A stretch of 64,000 nt of DNA from an uncultured cyanobacterium (GCA_963766075.1 CAVYAN010000049.1:1-64000), one strand, 5' to 3'; shown: positions 47,901-59,527, counted from the first letter of the stretch. Translations and numbers: made by a program. Notes: a model not told the origin generated them from the sequence alone.

Positions 47901-49831
47901 TGGCCGGATCCCTGAAATCCGGGCTAGATCTCGCCTTCAAACTGGATGGAACCGACTGGAAATGGGGTGGCTATCCCGCCGTCAACCGAGTGATTGCCGA
48001 GGGCACCTCAACCAAAGGCGTGGTGTCTCTGGTGCCCCTGCGGTTACAGACGGGGGATGCCTTTGTCGCGTTTTCGGGACAGTTGGGGGGCGAAAAGCAG
48101 TCCGGACAGTTCCGGATGGAAAACGTGCCCCTCGCCGAACTGACCAGTTTGACGGAACGGGTGCTGAAGCGTCCGCTGCCATTAAACATGGACGGCAAAC
48201 TCACCGCAACGGCCACGCTGTCGGGAAACCTGGATAATCCCCAAGCGATCGGCGACCTCTCCCTCCGCGAAGGCACCCTCAACGGCAATCCCGTGCAACA
48301 GGCCCAAGGGAGTTTCAGCTATGCCAACGCCCGGTTCGGATTTGGCACGAATGTCGCCATTACCGGGCAGGAACCGCTGACGATCGCCGGCAGCATCCCT
48401 GCGCCTTTGCCGTTTACCAATCCCCCGACGGATGAAAGGTTGGATGTGACGATTAAGGTCAAAAATGACGGCTTAGCCCTGCTCAATTTGCTGACTAACA
48501 ACTTAGTGGTGTGGGAAAACGGCAAGGGGCAAGTCGATTTGAAGGTCAGTGGCAAGGCCGATCAGCCGATTGTGGAAGGCCGCATTGACATTGCCGATGC
48601 CACGATTCAAGCGCGGGCCATCCCCGGTAAATTGACCGGCGTCACCGGGAACCTCAAGTTTGACGCGGACCGTCTGCTGATTCGCGATCAGCTCACGGCC
48701 CAGTTTAGCCAGGGGGAAGTGGTGGTCAGCGGTGGAATTCCCATCTTTTCTCCGGTGCCCGCAAACCCGCAGGATCCCACGAGCTTCCTGCAAGTGAACC
48801 TCAATAAAATTGCCCTCCGCCTCAAAGGCATTTACCAAGGTGGTGTGGGGGGCAATATTCAGGTGATGGGGACGGCCTTGGCACCGGTGATTGGCGGTGA
48901 AATTCGCTTGCAGGACGGGCAGGTGTTGCTGGCGGATCAACCGGAAACTCCGACGGCGGAAGATTTGCAAAATCAGTCCCCGGTGCAATTTCAAAACTTG
49001 GCCCTGCGGCTGGGCGATCGCGTGCGGGTCACCCGACAGCCCATCCTGAATTTCCTGGCCTCCGGCGACTTAACCATCAACGGGAGTCTCAGTGATCTGC
49101 AACCCCAGGGCACCATTCGCCTCAATGCGGGCCAAGTCAACCTATTTACAACCCAGTTCAACCTGCTGCGGGGCTATCCCCAAACCGCCGAATTCGTTGC
49201 CAGTCAAGGACTTGACCCCAATCTTGACATTCGCCTGATTGCCTCCCTGCCGGAAACGACCGGCGGCAGGCTTCCCAACAGCACCCTGTCCTCCGAAATT
49301 TCGGATTCCCTCACCCCCACCACTCGGTTTGGCGGGGTGCAAACCGTCCGGGTCCAAGCCCGCGCCCAGGGGCCAGCCAGCCAATTGTTCGACAACCTGG
49401 AACTGACCAGTAGTCCGGCTCGCAACCGGGCCGAAATTCTGGCCTTGCTGGGCGGTGGCTTTGTGGCCACGCTGGGACGGGGCGACAGTACGTTAGGCAT
49501 TGCCAACCTGGCGGGTTCGGCCTTGCTGACGAATATCCAAACGGTGATTGGCAATGCCCTGGGCTTAAGTGAATTCCGCCTCTTTCCGACTCTGACCCAG
49601 GAAACTAGTAGTCGCGGATCGCGGGGTAGCGCGTCGAGCTTGGGCTTGGCGGCAGAAGCGGCGATCGATATTACCCCCACTATTTCACTGTCCGCGTTAA
49701 AGATCCTCACCTCTGATGACCCGACCCAATTTGGGCTGCGCTATCGGCTAAACGAGAACTTTTTGGTGCGCAGTTCCAGTGATTTTTCTGGGGATAGCCG
49801 CGCTGTGGTGGAATACGAAGCCCGCTTTTAA
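45000..49831 (+). CDS. Translocation/assembly module TamB-domain protein, with frameshifts near 45770 and 46335
   Basis: N-terminal TM helix and a long beta-rich body, with C-terminal DPNLDIRL, LTSSPAR..EILALLGG and YEARF. Three overlapping ORFs join into one gene. Confidence 0.88.
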
Positions 49832-49884
49832 TGGATTAGGCTTTCCCAGGCCATCATCATGCCAAGCCAGCGGCTCCCTTGTCG

Positions 49885-50075
49885 CAGAATTTACCCGCCC
49901 CTAACCCCTCCCAGCAGATGACCCACCCCTAACCCCTCCGAGGAGGGGAATTGGTCCGAAAATCCCCTCCTCGGAGGGGTGCCCGTAGGGCGGGGTGGGT
50001 CAAACTCTGCCCGCTCAGACCACCCAGTGCGATCGCTGAGTCATTACGTGGGATGTTCAGTTTTTTGGAAGTCCC
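49885..50075. repeat. Partial copy of the MITE/REP element at 51532-51725 (right TIR only)
   Basis: Shares GACCCACCCCTA.CCCCTCC.AGGAGGGGAATT.GTCCGAAAATCCCCTCCTCGGAGGGGTGCCCG.AGGGCGGGGTGGGTCA...CCCAGTGCGATCGCTGAGT...TTGGAAGTCCC with the second copy, in direct orientation. No left TIR was recognised. Confidence 0.85.
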
Positions 50076-50158
50076 TAAGTAGGCAAGCCCGTGCAATCGA
50101 TTGACCTAACCCCCTCGCCTCTGTGGTTAATCTGTTGGATCATTAATGGCTGGGCGGT

Positions 50159-50641
50159 TTAGGAGACGAGGGCTTTGCCGTTGCCGTTGCCGTTGCCGTT
50201 GACAAATGCCGGGGCGTTGCCGTTGGCGAATGCGGGGGCGGGGCTGTCGGGGGTGGTTGGGCGGAGGCTGGGGCCAATGGCGGCGGGCTGCTGACGGGTT
50301 GACTTCTGGGTGGAACGCCGCCGCTCGCTTCTGGGGGTGCCGCCCGCCTTGCCGTATTCGCTGCTGTTGGTGCCGTATTTGGCGGCTACGCCCAAGAGCA
50401 TGTGTTCGGAGCGATCGCGGACGCGCTGTTCGGTCTGTTTGATTTGGCGGGCTAGGGCGTCGAGGTCGGAGAGGGCGCGGTTGTAGTTGGCGATTTGGGC
50501 GCGGAGGGTTTGGATGTCGGCGGAGTAGAGGGCGAGGGTGAGGTCGTTGCCGAGATCGAGGGTGGGGCTGATCGCGTGCAAACCGGCTTCGCGTTTTTCG
50601 GCTTTTTGCAGGACGGCAGAGGATCGTTTGGGACGGGCCAT
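50159..50641 (-). CDS. Helical hypothetical protein (MARxKR...KYGxNSSEYxxAGG type)
   Basis: 160 aa with an amphipathic coiled-coil core, a basic motif GGTPRSERRR and a low-complexity NG tail. It resembles a widespread uncharacterised family (from recollection). Confidence 0.8.
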   Translation of the reverse strand: MARPKRSSAVLQKAEKREAGLHAISPTLDLGNDLTLALYSADIQTLRAQIANYNRALSDLDALARQIKQTEQRVRDRSEHMLLGVAAKYGTNSSEYGKAGGTPRSERRRSTQKSTRQQPAAIGPSLRPTTPDSPAPAFANGNAPAFVNGNGNGNGKALVS

Positions 50642-50947
50642 GGGAGTTGCTCCTGGGTTCAATTCAATGTGGATTAAAGTCAATGGCGGGGGTGTCATTG
50701 CCGTCGCGATATTTTGGGGCCATCAGCGCTAATTTCTCGGCTGATGGCATTCGCCGCCATTACCTTTGCACTGTATCGATTCGGCGGGACTGGCAACCTG
50801 AGGGAAATTGGGGAACATCAGCGGGGCGGCGGACTGCCAGCGCCCTGGTTTTTGGGTGAATATGCCCTTTGCGATCGCCGATCGACTCCGCTATTCCGGG
50901 GCCAATCGGCGACGACGGCGGGGCGAATTTAGGCAAATTAATCTGAT

Positions 50948-51385
50948 TCTGTGATCAACGTAAGATTTTGTTATTGATGCGCCGATGTTTCTGGGAATGC
51001 GGGCGATCGCACTGAGGTTGATCCCGCCATTTCTAAGAAACACTCATGTCGTTCTGTGATCAACGTAAGTTTTTGTTATTGATGCGCCGATGTTTCTGAC
51101 TTGCACTGATGTTTTTCTGAGATCAGTATAGGAATTTGTTATTAATGCGCCGATGTTTGTGAGTTTGATCGCGATGTTTGTGAGTTTGATCGCGATATTT
51201 GTGTGTGCGATCGCGATGCTTCTGGGTTTGATCGCGATGTTTGGAAGTTTGATCGCGATATTTGTGAGTTTGCTCGCGTACTTTCTGGGTGACGTGCGGA
51301 TGATCTTTGGGATGAGGGCGATCGCCATAAGAAGGAGCGCGATGTGGGTTTGGGATGGTGCGATTGTCCAGCCGAGGATTGGCGA
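50948..51385. repeat. Degenerate 21-nt-period tandem array (consensus about TTGATCGCGATGTTTGTGAGT)
   Basis: CGAT recurs at 51151, 51172, 51193, 51214, 51235, 51256, 51319, 51340 and 51361. A roughly 46-nt block recurs at offsets of 105 and 63 nt, both multiples of 21. Confidence 0.85.
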
Positions 51386-51405
51386 TCGCGGCATGACCGA
51401 ATTAA

Positions 51406-51968
51406 GCCCGCGAATCAATGATGCCGGTGGCGAATTAGAAAAAGAAAAATGAAAGCGTGATTTGAGCGCGATCGGCGATCGCATCATCCGCACCGGAATG
51501 AAATTCGGTGCTCTCAGGGCAAAGTCAGTTAGGGACTTCCAAGAAATAAATAGTGCCAATGCAGAGTTTGACCCACCCCTAGCCCCTCCAAGGAGGGGAA
51601 TTAGTCCGAAAATCCCCTCCTCGGAGGGGTGCCCGGAGGGCGGGGTGGGTCAGACTTCGCCATTTCAGACAACCCAGTGCGATCGCTGAGTTGTTCCGTG
51701 GAATGTTTATTTTCTTGGAAGTCCCTTAGAAACTGACTGGGGAGTTTGCGATAGCTACGCACCCAGAGTCCGCTACGCACCAGAGTCCGCGTATCCAACC
51801 CAATTCGTAAGATTGAAAGAGGAGGACTGGATCGTGCAGTCCACTTCTAGTGGACTTCGCCCCGAGAGCGCCGACTTCCAGTCCGGTGCGATTCAGAGCG
51901 ATCGCCGAGGAATTTCCAAAGACCTTTTTCTTTCTTGAATTCGCTACCGGTATGATTGATTCGCGGGC
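51406..51968. repeat. Long imperfect inverted repeat enclosing a REP-like doublet and a MITE
   Basis: Arms 51406-51449 and 51925-51968 match at 38 of 44 positions as reverse complements. The inner arms are 51489-51740 (excluding the MITE) and about 51837-51890. Confidence 0.8.
51532..51725. mobile_element. 194-bp MITE with 15-bp perfect TIRs and TTA target-site duplication
   Basis: GGGACTTCCAAGAAA (51532-51546) and TTTCTTGGAAGTCCC (51711-51725), with TTA on both flanks. Removing it restores the hairpin AGTCAGTT-AGA-AACTGACT. Confidence 0.85.
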
Positions 51969-52083
51969 AATTGATTCGCGGGCAGGGGGCGATCGCGGGA
52001 TTACAGAATTAAATGTGAAGCTTCCGGGCAAAAGGGGATTTCCTTTGTTAGAAAAGAGAAGTTATCCCCCCAGAGTTTATCCC

Positions 52084-52532
52084 ATGGCTGATCCTGTCAC
52101 TTGGACCGCTGGCGCAATCGCCAGTCTGGCCGTTCAAAAATTCCTCGAATCCGGTGCTGGCGAGTTGGGCAAGAAGTTCACCACCGAGGCAATTACTAAA
52201 ATGGGCCTGCTGTGGGAGCAGGTGAAGACTAAGCTCATGGGCAAATCGGCCAAGTTGGACGAGGCATTGGTGAAAGTGGAACAGGGCGATCTGCGCTGCG
52301 TTGGATACCGTCGCCAAGCATCTGGATGTGGCCATGGACGAGCATCCCGACTTTGCGGCAGAACTCAAGGTTCTGGCCAATGAGATTCATGCCGGTAAGC
52401 TGCAAGACAATAGCAACATGGTCCAAAACGTGATCGGCAATGACAATAGGAATGTTCAAGCAAAGGCTGAACAGGGGGGGAAACAATTTATTGCTGAGAA
52501 GATGTTACTTTGGGGCGACCGAGGCGGATTGA
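52084..52532 (+). CDS. Small helical protein (Bell-like) with a Q/N-rich C-terminal motif, with two apparent extra bases near 52294 and 52505
   Basis: Stitched from shifted frames: MADPVTWTAGAIASLAVQKFLE...LWEQVKTKL...AMDEHPDFAAELKVLA...QDNSNMVQNVIGNDNRNVQAKAEQGGKQFIAEKM(Y)FGATEAD*. Confidence 0.7.
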
Positions 52533-55013
<2,481 letters not shown>

Positions 55014-55028
55014 GGGGTGGGAGCGCAA

Positions 55029-55059
55029 ATCCCCGGCATTTTTCAAAAATGCCGGGGAT
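55029..55059. terminator. Perfect 15-bp-arm palindrome between convergent genes, putative bidirectional terminator
   Basis: ATCCCCGGCATTTTT-C-AAAAATGCCGGGGAT. Confidence 0.7.
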
Positions 55060-55078
55060 CTTTCAGGACCGTTAGGCT

Positions 55079-55299
55079 CTACGCACTCAGACGCTGCATT
55101 TGGGCGATCGCTTGATTCACATCCGGCAAGACTCGATTATTGGGGTGCGGGCAGTTTCCAGCCACAATTGCAGCACCATTTGCAACGCTTGAAACGTCTC
55201 CTCAATCGTCTCCCCCTGGGCCAAACACCCCTTCAAAGCCGGGATTTCAGCCACAAACCCACCCTCTTCACAGGGATAAATCACCATTGGATAATTCAC
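55079..55299 (-). CDS. HicB-family antitoxin-like protein (solo), probable frameshift near 55143
   Basis: YPMVIYPCEEGGFVAEIPALKGCLAQGETIEE...LWLE. A shifted frame continues NNRVLPDVNQAIAQMQRLSA*. Confidence 0.8.
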
Positions 55300-55560
55300 G
55301 CGCTTTCTCCCGTATCATCCTCAGGTTAAGTCTGGATTTTATTCTTAGAAATGAGAATTAAATAAGGGACAGATTTTTTAGCGGCTAAGCGATTGGCAGG
55401 GGGGCTAGCCGACAAGCAAAGACCCGTGTCGCAGTTTTGCTTTATTGGGGGGAATTTGTAGCTGTTAATCAATCCTTGTTCCCTCGCCGAAAGAACGGAC
55501 ACGAACCAATGGCATAGAATATGGGAGATTGATTGCCCCGCTTTCCCAAACCTTGCCCCT

Positions 55561-57558
55561 ATGCTAAAAATTACCCAGGGTCCCCCCGCGTCCATTGCCT
55601 TAAATCAACAGTTTTCCATTCGAGGCATTGCCTCCCAGGAGTACGCAGGGCTGAATTTGACCCTGGTCGTGGATAATCAATTCCGGACGGCAGGCCCGCT
55701 GGTGGACTTGGATGGAACTTGGGAAGTGCGGTTTGTCTTCCGGCAACCGGGAAATCGCCAACTGCGCGTGACGATCGCCAACGAGAGCCTTGATGTCACA
55801 ATCCCCGTTGTCGCCGCCGCCCCCACGCCGACCCCCACTCCTACGCCAACCCCACCGCCCACACCGACCCCGCCGCCCACGCCAACCCCGCCGCCCACGC
55901 CGACTCCGCCGCCCACGCCACAACTGCCGCGCATTCGCATCGATACCATTCCCCCTGTCATTCAGGCCGGACAAGCCTTTACCCTGCTGGGCAGCGCCGA
56001 CAACTACCTCAACGGTAGCCAGCTGCGGCTACTGGTGGATCAGTTTGAACTGGCCCGTCCCACAGTGCAGGGCGGCAAATGGCAGAGCAGCATCACCATC
56101 CGCAATCCGGGCAAGCGCACTTTGGATGTATTGGGAGCCGGACAGGATCGGGCTCAAACCGTGCTCGATGTGATTGCACCCGTGCCGGTAATCCGGCGGC
56201 TGACGTTCACTAACCCGCCCGCCCGCATTACCGCAGGGCAGACTGTCACCTTAACAGGAGAGGCGATCGGCTATAACGATGGTGAGACTTTGGTTTTGAA
56301 TGTGGACCGCTTTGAACTGGGGCGTCCTCAGGTGCAGGGCAGTAAGTGGCAGGTGGCCCTGACTATTCGCAGTGCGGGTAGGCGCACGATCGAACTTTTG
56401 GGAGCGGGGCAGGATCGGATTCAAGTCGCCATAGAAGTGGTAGCGGCTCCTCCCCCGCCCACCCCCCGCACCCTCAGCTTCACCACGCTCCCCGCCCAGT
56501 TGGTAGTTGGCCAAACCGTTACCCTGGCGGGAATTGCCACGGGATATAAGGATGGGGTGATCCTGTCGTTGCAGGTGGATGGAGTGGAAGTGGCCCGTCC
56601 ATCGGTGGCCGCAGGCAAATGGCAGGGGGGGGTAGTGCTACAGACGGCGGGGAAGCGGGCGATCGCCCTAGTCGGTACCCCGCCCGATCGCGCCGAGACG
56701 GTGATTGAAGCCCTCGCCGCTGTGCGCCCAGCCCGTGTCCGGTTCACCACCGTGCCCCAGAAGGTCGAATCCGAAGCCAGCTTTATCGTTGCCGGACAGG
56801 CCGAGCTTTACAACAACGGCGACCAATTGACTCTGATGGTGGACAAATGGGCCGTAGCCCACCCCGTCGTACAGAACGGATTATGGCAAGCGACGATCAC
56901 TATCCGCAATCCGGGCCGTCGTACGTTGGAAATTTTAGGTTCGGAACAGGATCGGGCCCAACTCCCAATTGAAGTGACGGGGGCAGACCTGCAGATCATC
57001 TCGCGCTCGATCTGGAGCAGCTCTCCCACTCCCGCTAGCCTGCCCGAACTGAAGCCTCTGCGAATTACGTTACACCACACCGCTATCAGTCCAACGCTGC
57101 CCACCACCGCCAATTCAGCGGATGAACTGGCCCGGATGCGGAACATTTTTCAGATTCATACGCAGTCCAATGGCTGGAGTGATATCGGCTATCACTTCAT
57201 TATTATGCCCAGCGGCAGAATCTATGAAGCACGGGCAGAGAATAAACGCGGGGCCCATGATGTTATTAATGATGGACTGGGCGTTGCGTTTGATGGCGAT
57301 TTTGGCAAAGCCAATGTCTCCACCCAGCAGTTTCAAGCGGCAGTCCAGCTCTGTGCAAAGCTCTGTCAGCGCTATAACATCGATGATCCGACAACGCTGG
57401 TCCCGACACCAACTGACGGCTTTGGCACTCGCGATTTACCCCGTATTCTGGGCCATCGCGATCGCGTTGCTACGGAATGCCCTGGCTCGCCCGAGGGCAA
57501 AACCGTCCGCTTAAGTGAGATTCGGCAGACGGTAAAAACCGAGTTATCGCGCCCCTAG
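55561..57558 (+). CDS. N-acetylmuramoyl-L-alanine amidase (Amidase_2/PGRP type) with five N-terminal beta-rich repeats and a PT linker
   Basis: ITLHHTA, GWSDIGYHF, GAH and ILGHRD...TECPG. Repeats read L.L.VD.FEL.RP.VQ..KWQ..ITIR.PG.R. Confidence 0.88.
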   Translation: MLKITQGPPASIALNQQFSIRGIASQEYAGLNLTLVVDNQFRTAGPLVDLDGTWEVRFVFRQPGNRQLRVTIANESLDVTIPVVAAAPTPTPTPTPTPPPTPTPPPTPTPPPTPTPPPTPQLPRIRIDTIPPVIQAGQAFTLLGSADNYLNGSQLRLLVDQFELARPTVQGGKWQSSITIRNPGKRTLDVLGAGQDRAQTVLDVIAPVPVIRRLTFTNPPARITAGQTVTLTGEAIGYNDGETLVLNVDRFELGRPQVQGSKWQVALTIRSAGRRTIELLGAGQDRIQVAIEVVAAPPPPTPRTLSFTTLPAQLVVGQTVTLAGIATGYKDGVILSLQVDGVEVARPSVAAGKWQGGVVLQTAGKRAIALVGTPPDRAETVIEALAAVRPARVRFTTVPQKVESEASFIVAGQAELYNNGDQLTLMVDKWAVAHPVVQNGLWQATITIRNPGRRTLEILGSEQDRAQLPIEVTGADLQIISRSIWSSSPTPASLPELKPLRITLHHTAISPTLPTTANSADELARMRNIFQIHTQSNGWSDIGYHFIIMPSGRIYEARAENKRGAHDVINDGLGVAFDGDFGKANVSTQQFQAAVQLCAKLCQRYNIDDPTTLVPTPTDGFGTRDLPRILGHRDRVATECPGSPEGKTVRLSEIRQTVKTELSRP

Positions 57559-57633
57559 GCAATGACGGATTTTGAGAGGCCATGTTTGAGGCTATATTTC
57601 AAGTCCAAGTAGGATGCTCGTCGAGAAGACTAC

Positions 57634-57788
57634 GATTTCTAGGAAAAAATCTACCGTTCGAGATTGTGCCCTGAGCGGAGTCGAAGGGCACAATCTTTTG
57701 CTGGCTTCGGCTCCTGCTGCCCTCTGCTGGCTTCGACTTCGCTCAGCCAGCAGGGGGCAGCCAGCAGGTATATTATTTCTTGGAAGTC
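57634..57788. repeat. REP-like hairpin doublet within degenerate copies of the same TIRs
   Basis: AGATTGTGCCCT-GAGCGGAGTCGA-AGGGCACAATCT and the inverted core CTTCGACTTCGCTCAG. Right end TATTTCTTGGAAGTC, degenerate left end GATTTCTAGGAAAAAAT. Confidence 0.65.
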
Positions 57789-57827
57789 ACCTAAGCAGAT
57801 CGAGCCAGTCGAGGAGAAATAGGCACC

Positions 57828-58892
57828 ATGCAGATTGATTTTCATCACGGTGTGACCTACACAGTGGCACGCCTAGCGGGTTTCCCCCATTACGAAGCGA
57901 GTATTATTGCCCACTGCGCCCAATATGTGGACGATGCGACAAATTCTGGGCTGATTCGCTTTGACAATGGCTTTTCGTTTGATCGGATTAGTTCAGCGCA
58001 CAAAATGCTGGACTACCGGAACTTTCAGGAATTAGCGAATCATCGGGTTTGGATTCCCTTCCACTTCTTGCCAGGGAATGGTGGGTTGCCGAAAGGCAAG
58101 GATCCAGGGGGAGCCTTGGTGGATCAGTTAATTTGCCGCCCGAATAGTGTTGTGGCCCAGGATATGGTGCGTCATTGCATTGCCGATCGCCACACCGTCT
58201 ACGGCCTATACCGCCTGGGAATTACGATGCATGTGTATGCGGATACTTGGGCGCATCAGGGATTCGTGGGGATTAACGATCGGGTCAATGATGCCAGTGC
58301 TCTGACGGATGCGGCGGGACAACCGGATCGCAAACTGCTGGATCGCCTCGCCAGTTTCTTTATTGGTGAGGCATTGCCCTTAGGACATGGGGCGGTTTTG
58401 AGCCATCCGGACAAGCCGTTTTTACGCTGGGGCTACACCAATGGGCGCGGTGAGAAGATTTGGCGCGACAATCCTCAGGATTTTCTGGCGGCGGCGGACC
58501 ATCTGTGCCAAGCCATGCAGCGCTATCGGATGGGGGATGCGGCGGCATCGGTACCGGGACTGCCCGCGCCCGATCGGGACTTGATTGGCCAGATGCTGCG
58601 GACCATTGCTGCGCCCCAGGGCGCGGAGCGGCATCGGCAATGGCTGGCGGCGATCGCGGTGGGTCGATTCAGTTTTGGGCCTGCTCAGGTGACCTATATT
58701 GCCAAGGGGAAAGGGTCCTGGAAGCATGCGGCCCTGGGCACCGAGGCCACAGTGGATCGCGGTGATGAAGTCTATCCTTATCGCCCTGAGTTTCTCCAAA
58801 GCGATTGGAAACATTTCCACGATGCCCTACAAGCCCATCGATTTTACGTGCTGCACCAGCTATTGCCCAGCTATGGCCTGTGTGTCGCCTAA
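57828..58892 (+). CDS. DUF6765-like hypothetical protein (possible metal-dependent hydrolase)
   Basis: MQIDFHH.VTY..ARLAGF, AQYVDD, PFHFLPGN and GITMHVYADTWAHQGF. Confidence 0.75.
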   Translation: MQIDFHHGVTYTVARLAGFPHYEASIIAHCAQYVDDATNSGLIRFDNGFSFDRISSAHKMLDYRNFQELANHRVWIPFHFLPGNGGLPKGKDPGGALVDQLICRPNSVVAQDMVRHCIADRHTVYGLYRLGITMHVYADTWAHQGFVGINDRVNDASALTDAAGQPDRKLLDRLASFFIGEALPLGHGAVLSHPDKPFLRWGYTNGRGEKIWRDNPQDFLAAADHLCQAMQRYRMGDAAASVPGLPAPDRDLIGQMLRTIAAPQGAERHRQWLAAIAVGRFSFGPAQVTYIAKGKGSWKHAALGTEATVDRGDEVYPYRPEFLQSDWKHFHDALQAHRFYVLHQLLPSYGLCVA

Positions 58893-59039
58893 ATGGCAAT
58901 TAAAAATTGCCATAAAATCTCGCCACGCCCTAATCTGCGTCATCTGTGGCGCAGTCTCATCAAGCGCAGCTTGTTTGTCTTGAGGGGGTGTCTTTGGGGG
59001 GATTCTAGTCCGAGTGCCGATCGCCTCTGGCTTCTGACC

Positions 59040-59396
59040 CTAGCCACACCGGGGCTCCAGCCTCTGGACATAGTTATGCCATAGCCCGGTCAGTTCCCGG
59101 GCGCGATCCATAGCATCTGCGTGTAACCGATACATGTGGCGAGGCCGCCCTCTACCAGACACCTTTTGCCAGTACGTGGTGACCATCCCCTCTGCTTCGA
59201 GAAACTTAAGCCCGCTGTAGAGCACCGTATCCGATAGGCGATAGCCGGGATACTCGGTTTCTACCCGTTGGATCAGTTCTGAGCCGTAGGAGTCCCCCTG
59301 CAACAGGACCGACATCACGTAGCAAACCGCTAGCTCTTTGTTTAGGTGGGAGTAGGGTTGGGTTTGAAAAAACTCGTAAATATCTTCAAGCTTCAT
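59040..59396 (-). CDS. pex: PadR-family regulator Pex (circadian period extender)
   Basis: EDIY.FF....LNKELAVCY, DSYGSELI, YRLSDTVLYS and GRGRPR.MY. Confidence 0.85.
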   Translation of the reverse strand: MKLEDIYEFFQTQPYSHLNKELAVCYVMSVLLQGDSYGSELIQRVETEYPGYRLSDTVLYSGLKFLEAEGMVTTYWQKVSGRGRPRHMYRLHADAMDRARELTGLWHNYVQRLEPRCG

Positions 59397-59457
59397 GGCT
59401 AGAATTCTCCGGATAAAAATGATGTTGCAATGGGGCAATGTCGCTTTGGCCCCTGCC

Positions 59458-59527
59458 TCCTGATTGACCGGTCCTGATTGACTGGTCCTGATTGACTGGT
59501 CCTGATTGACTGGTCCTGATTGACTGG
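59458..59527. repeat. 14-bp tandem repeat x5 (TCCTGATTGACTGG) upstream of pex
   Basis: Five copies with one mismatch in the first copy. Confidence 0.95.

Noticed and set aside
41275..49831. Programmed frameshifting or pseudogenisation of lysC and tamB
   Set aside because: There are several scattered indels without recognisable slippery motifs in normally required genes. Sequencing error is the simpler explanation.
51044..51559. 171-aa minus-strand ORF, and 99-aa plus-strand ORF 51153-51452, as real genes
   Set aside because: Both arise from the 21-nt array. The minus ORF starts inside a MITE, and similar sequence continues past its stop. The region is reported as a repeat instead.
59458..59527. 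Mini-CRISPR, or N-terminal extension of Pex (ORF from 59543)
   Set aside because: The repeats are head-to-tail with no spacers. Pex-like sequence begins at ATG 59396, and a 14-bp unit is not frame-preserving.
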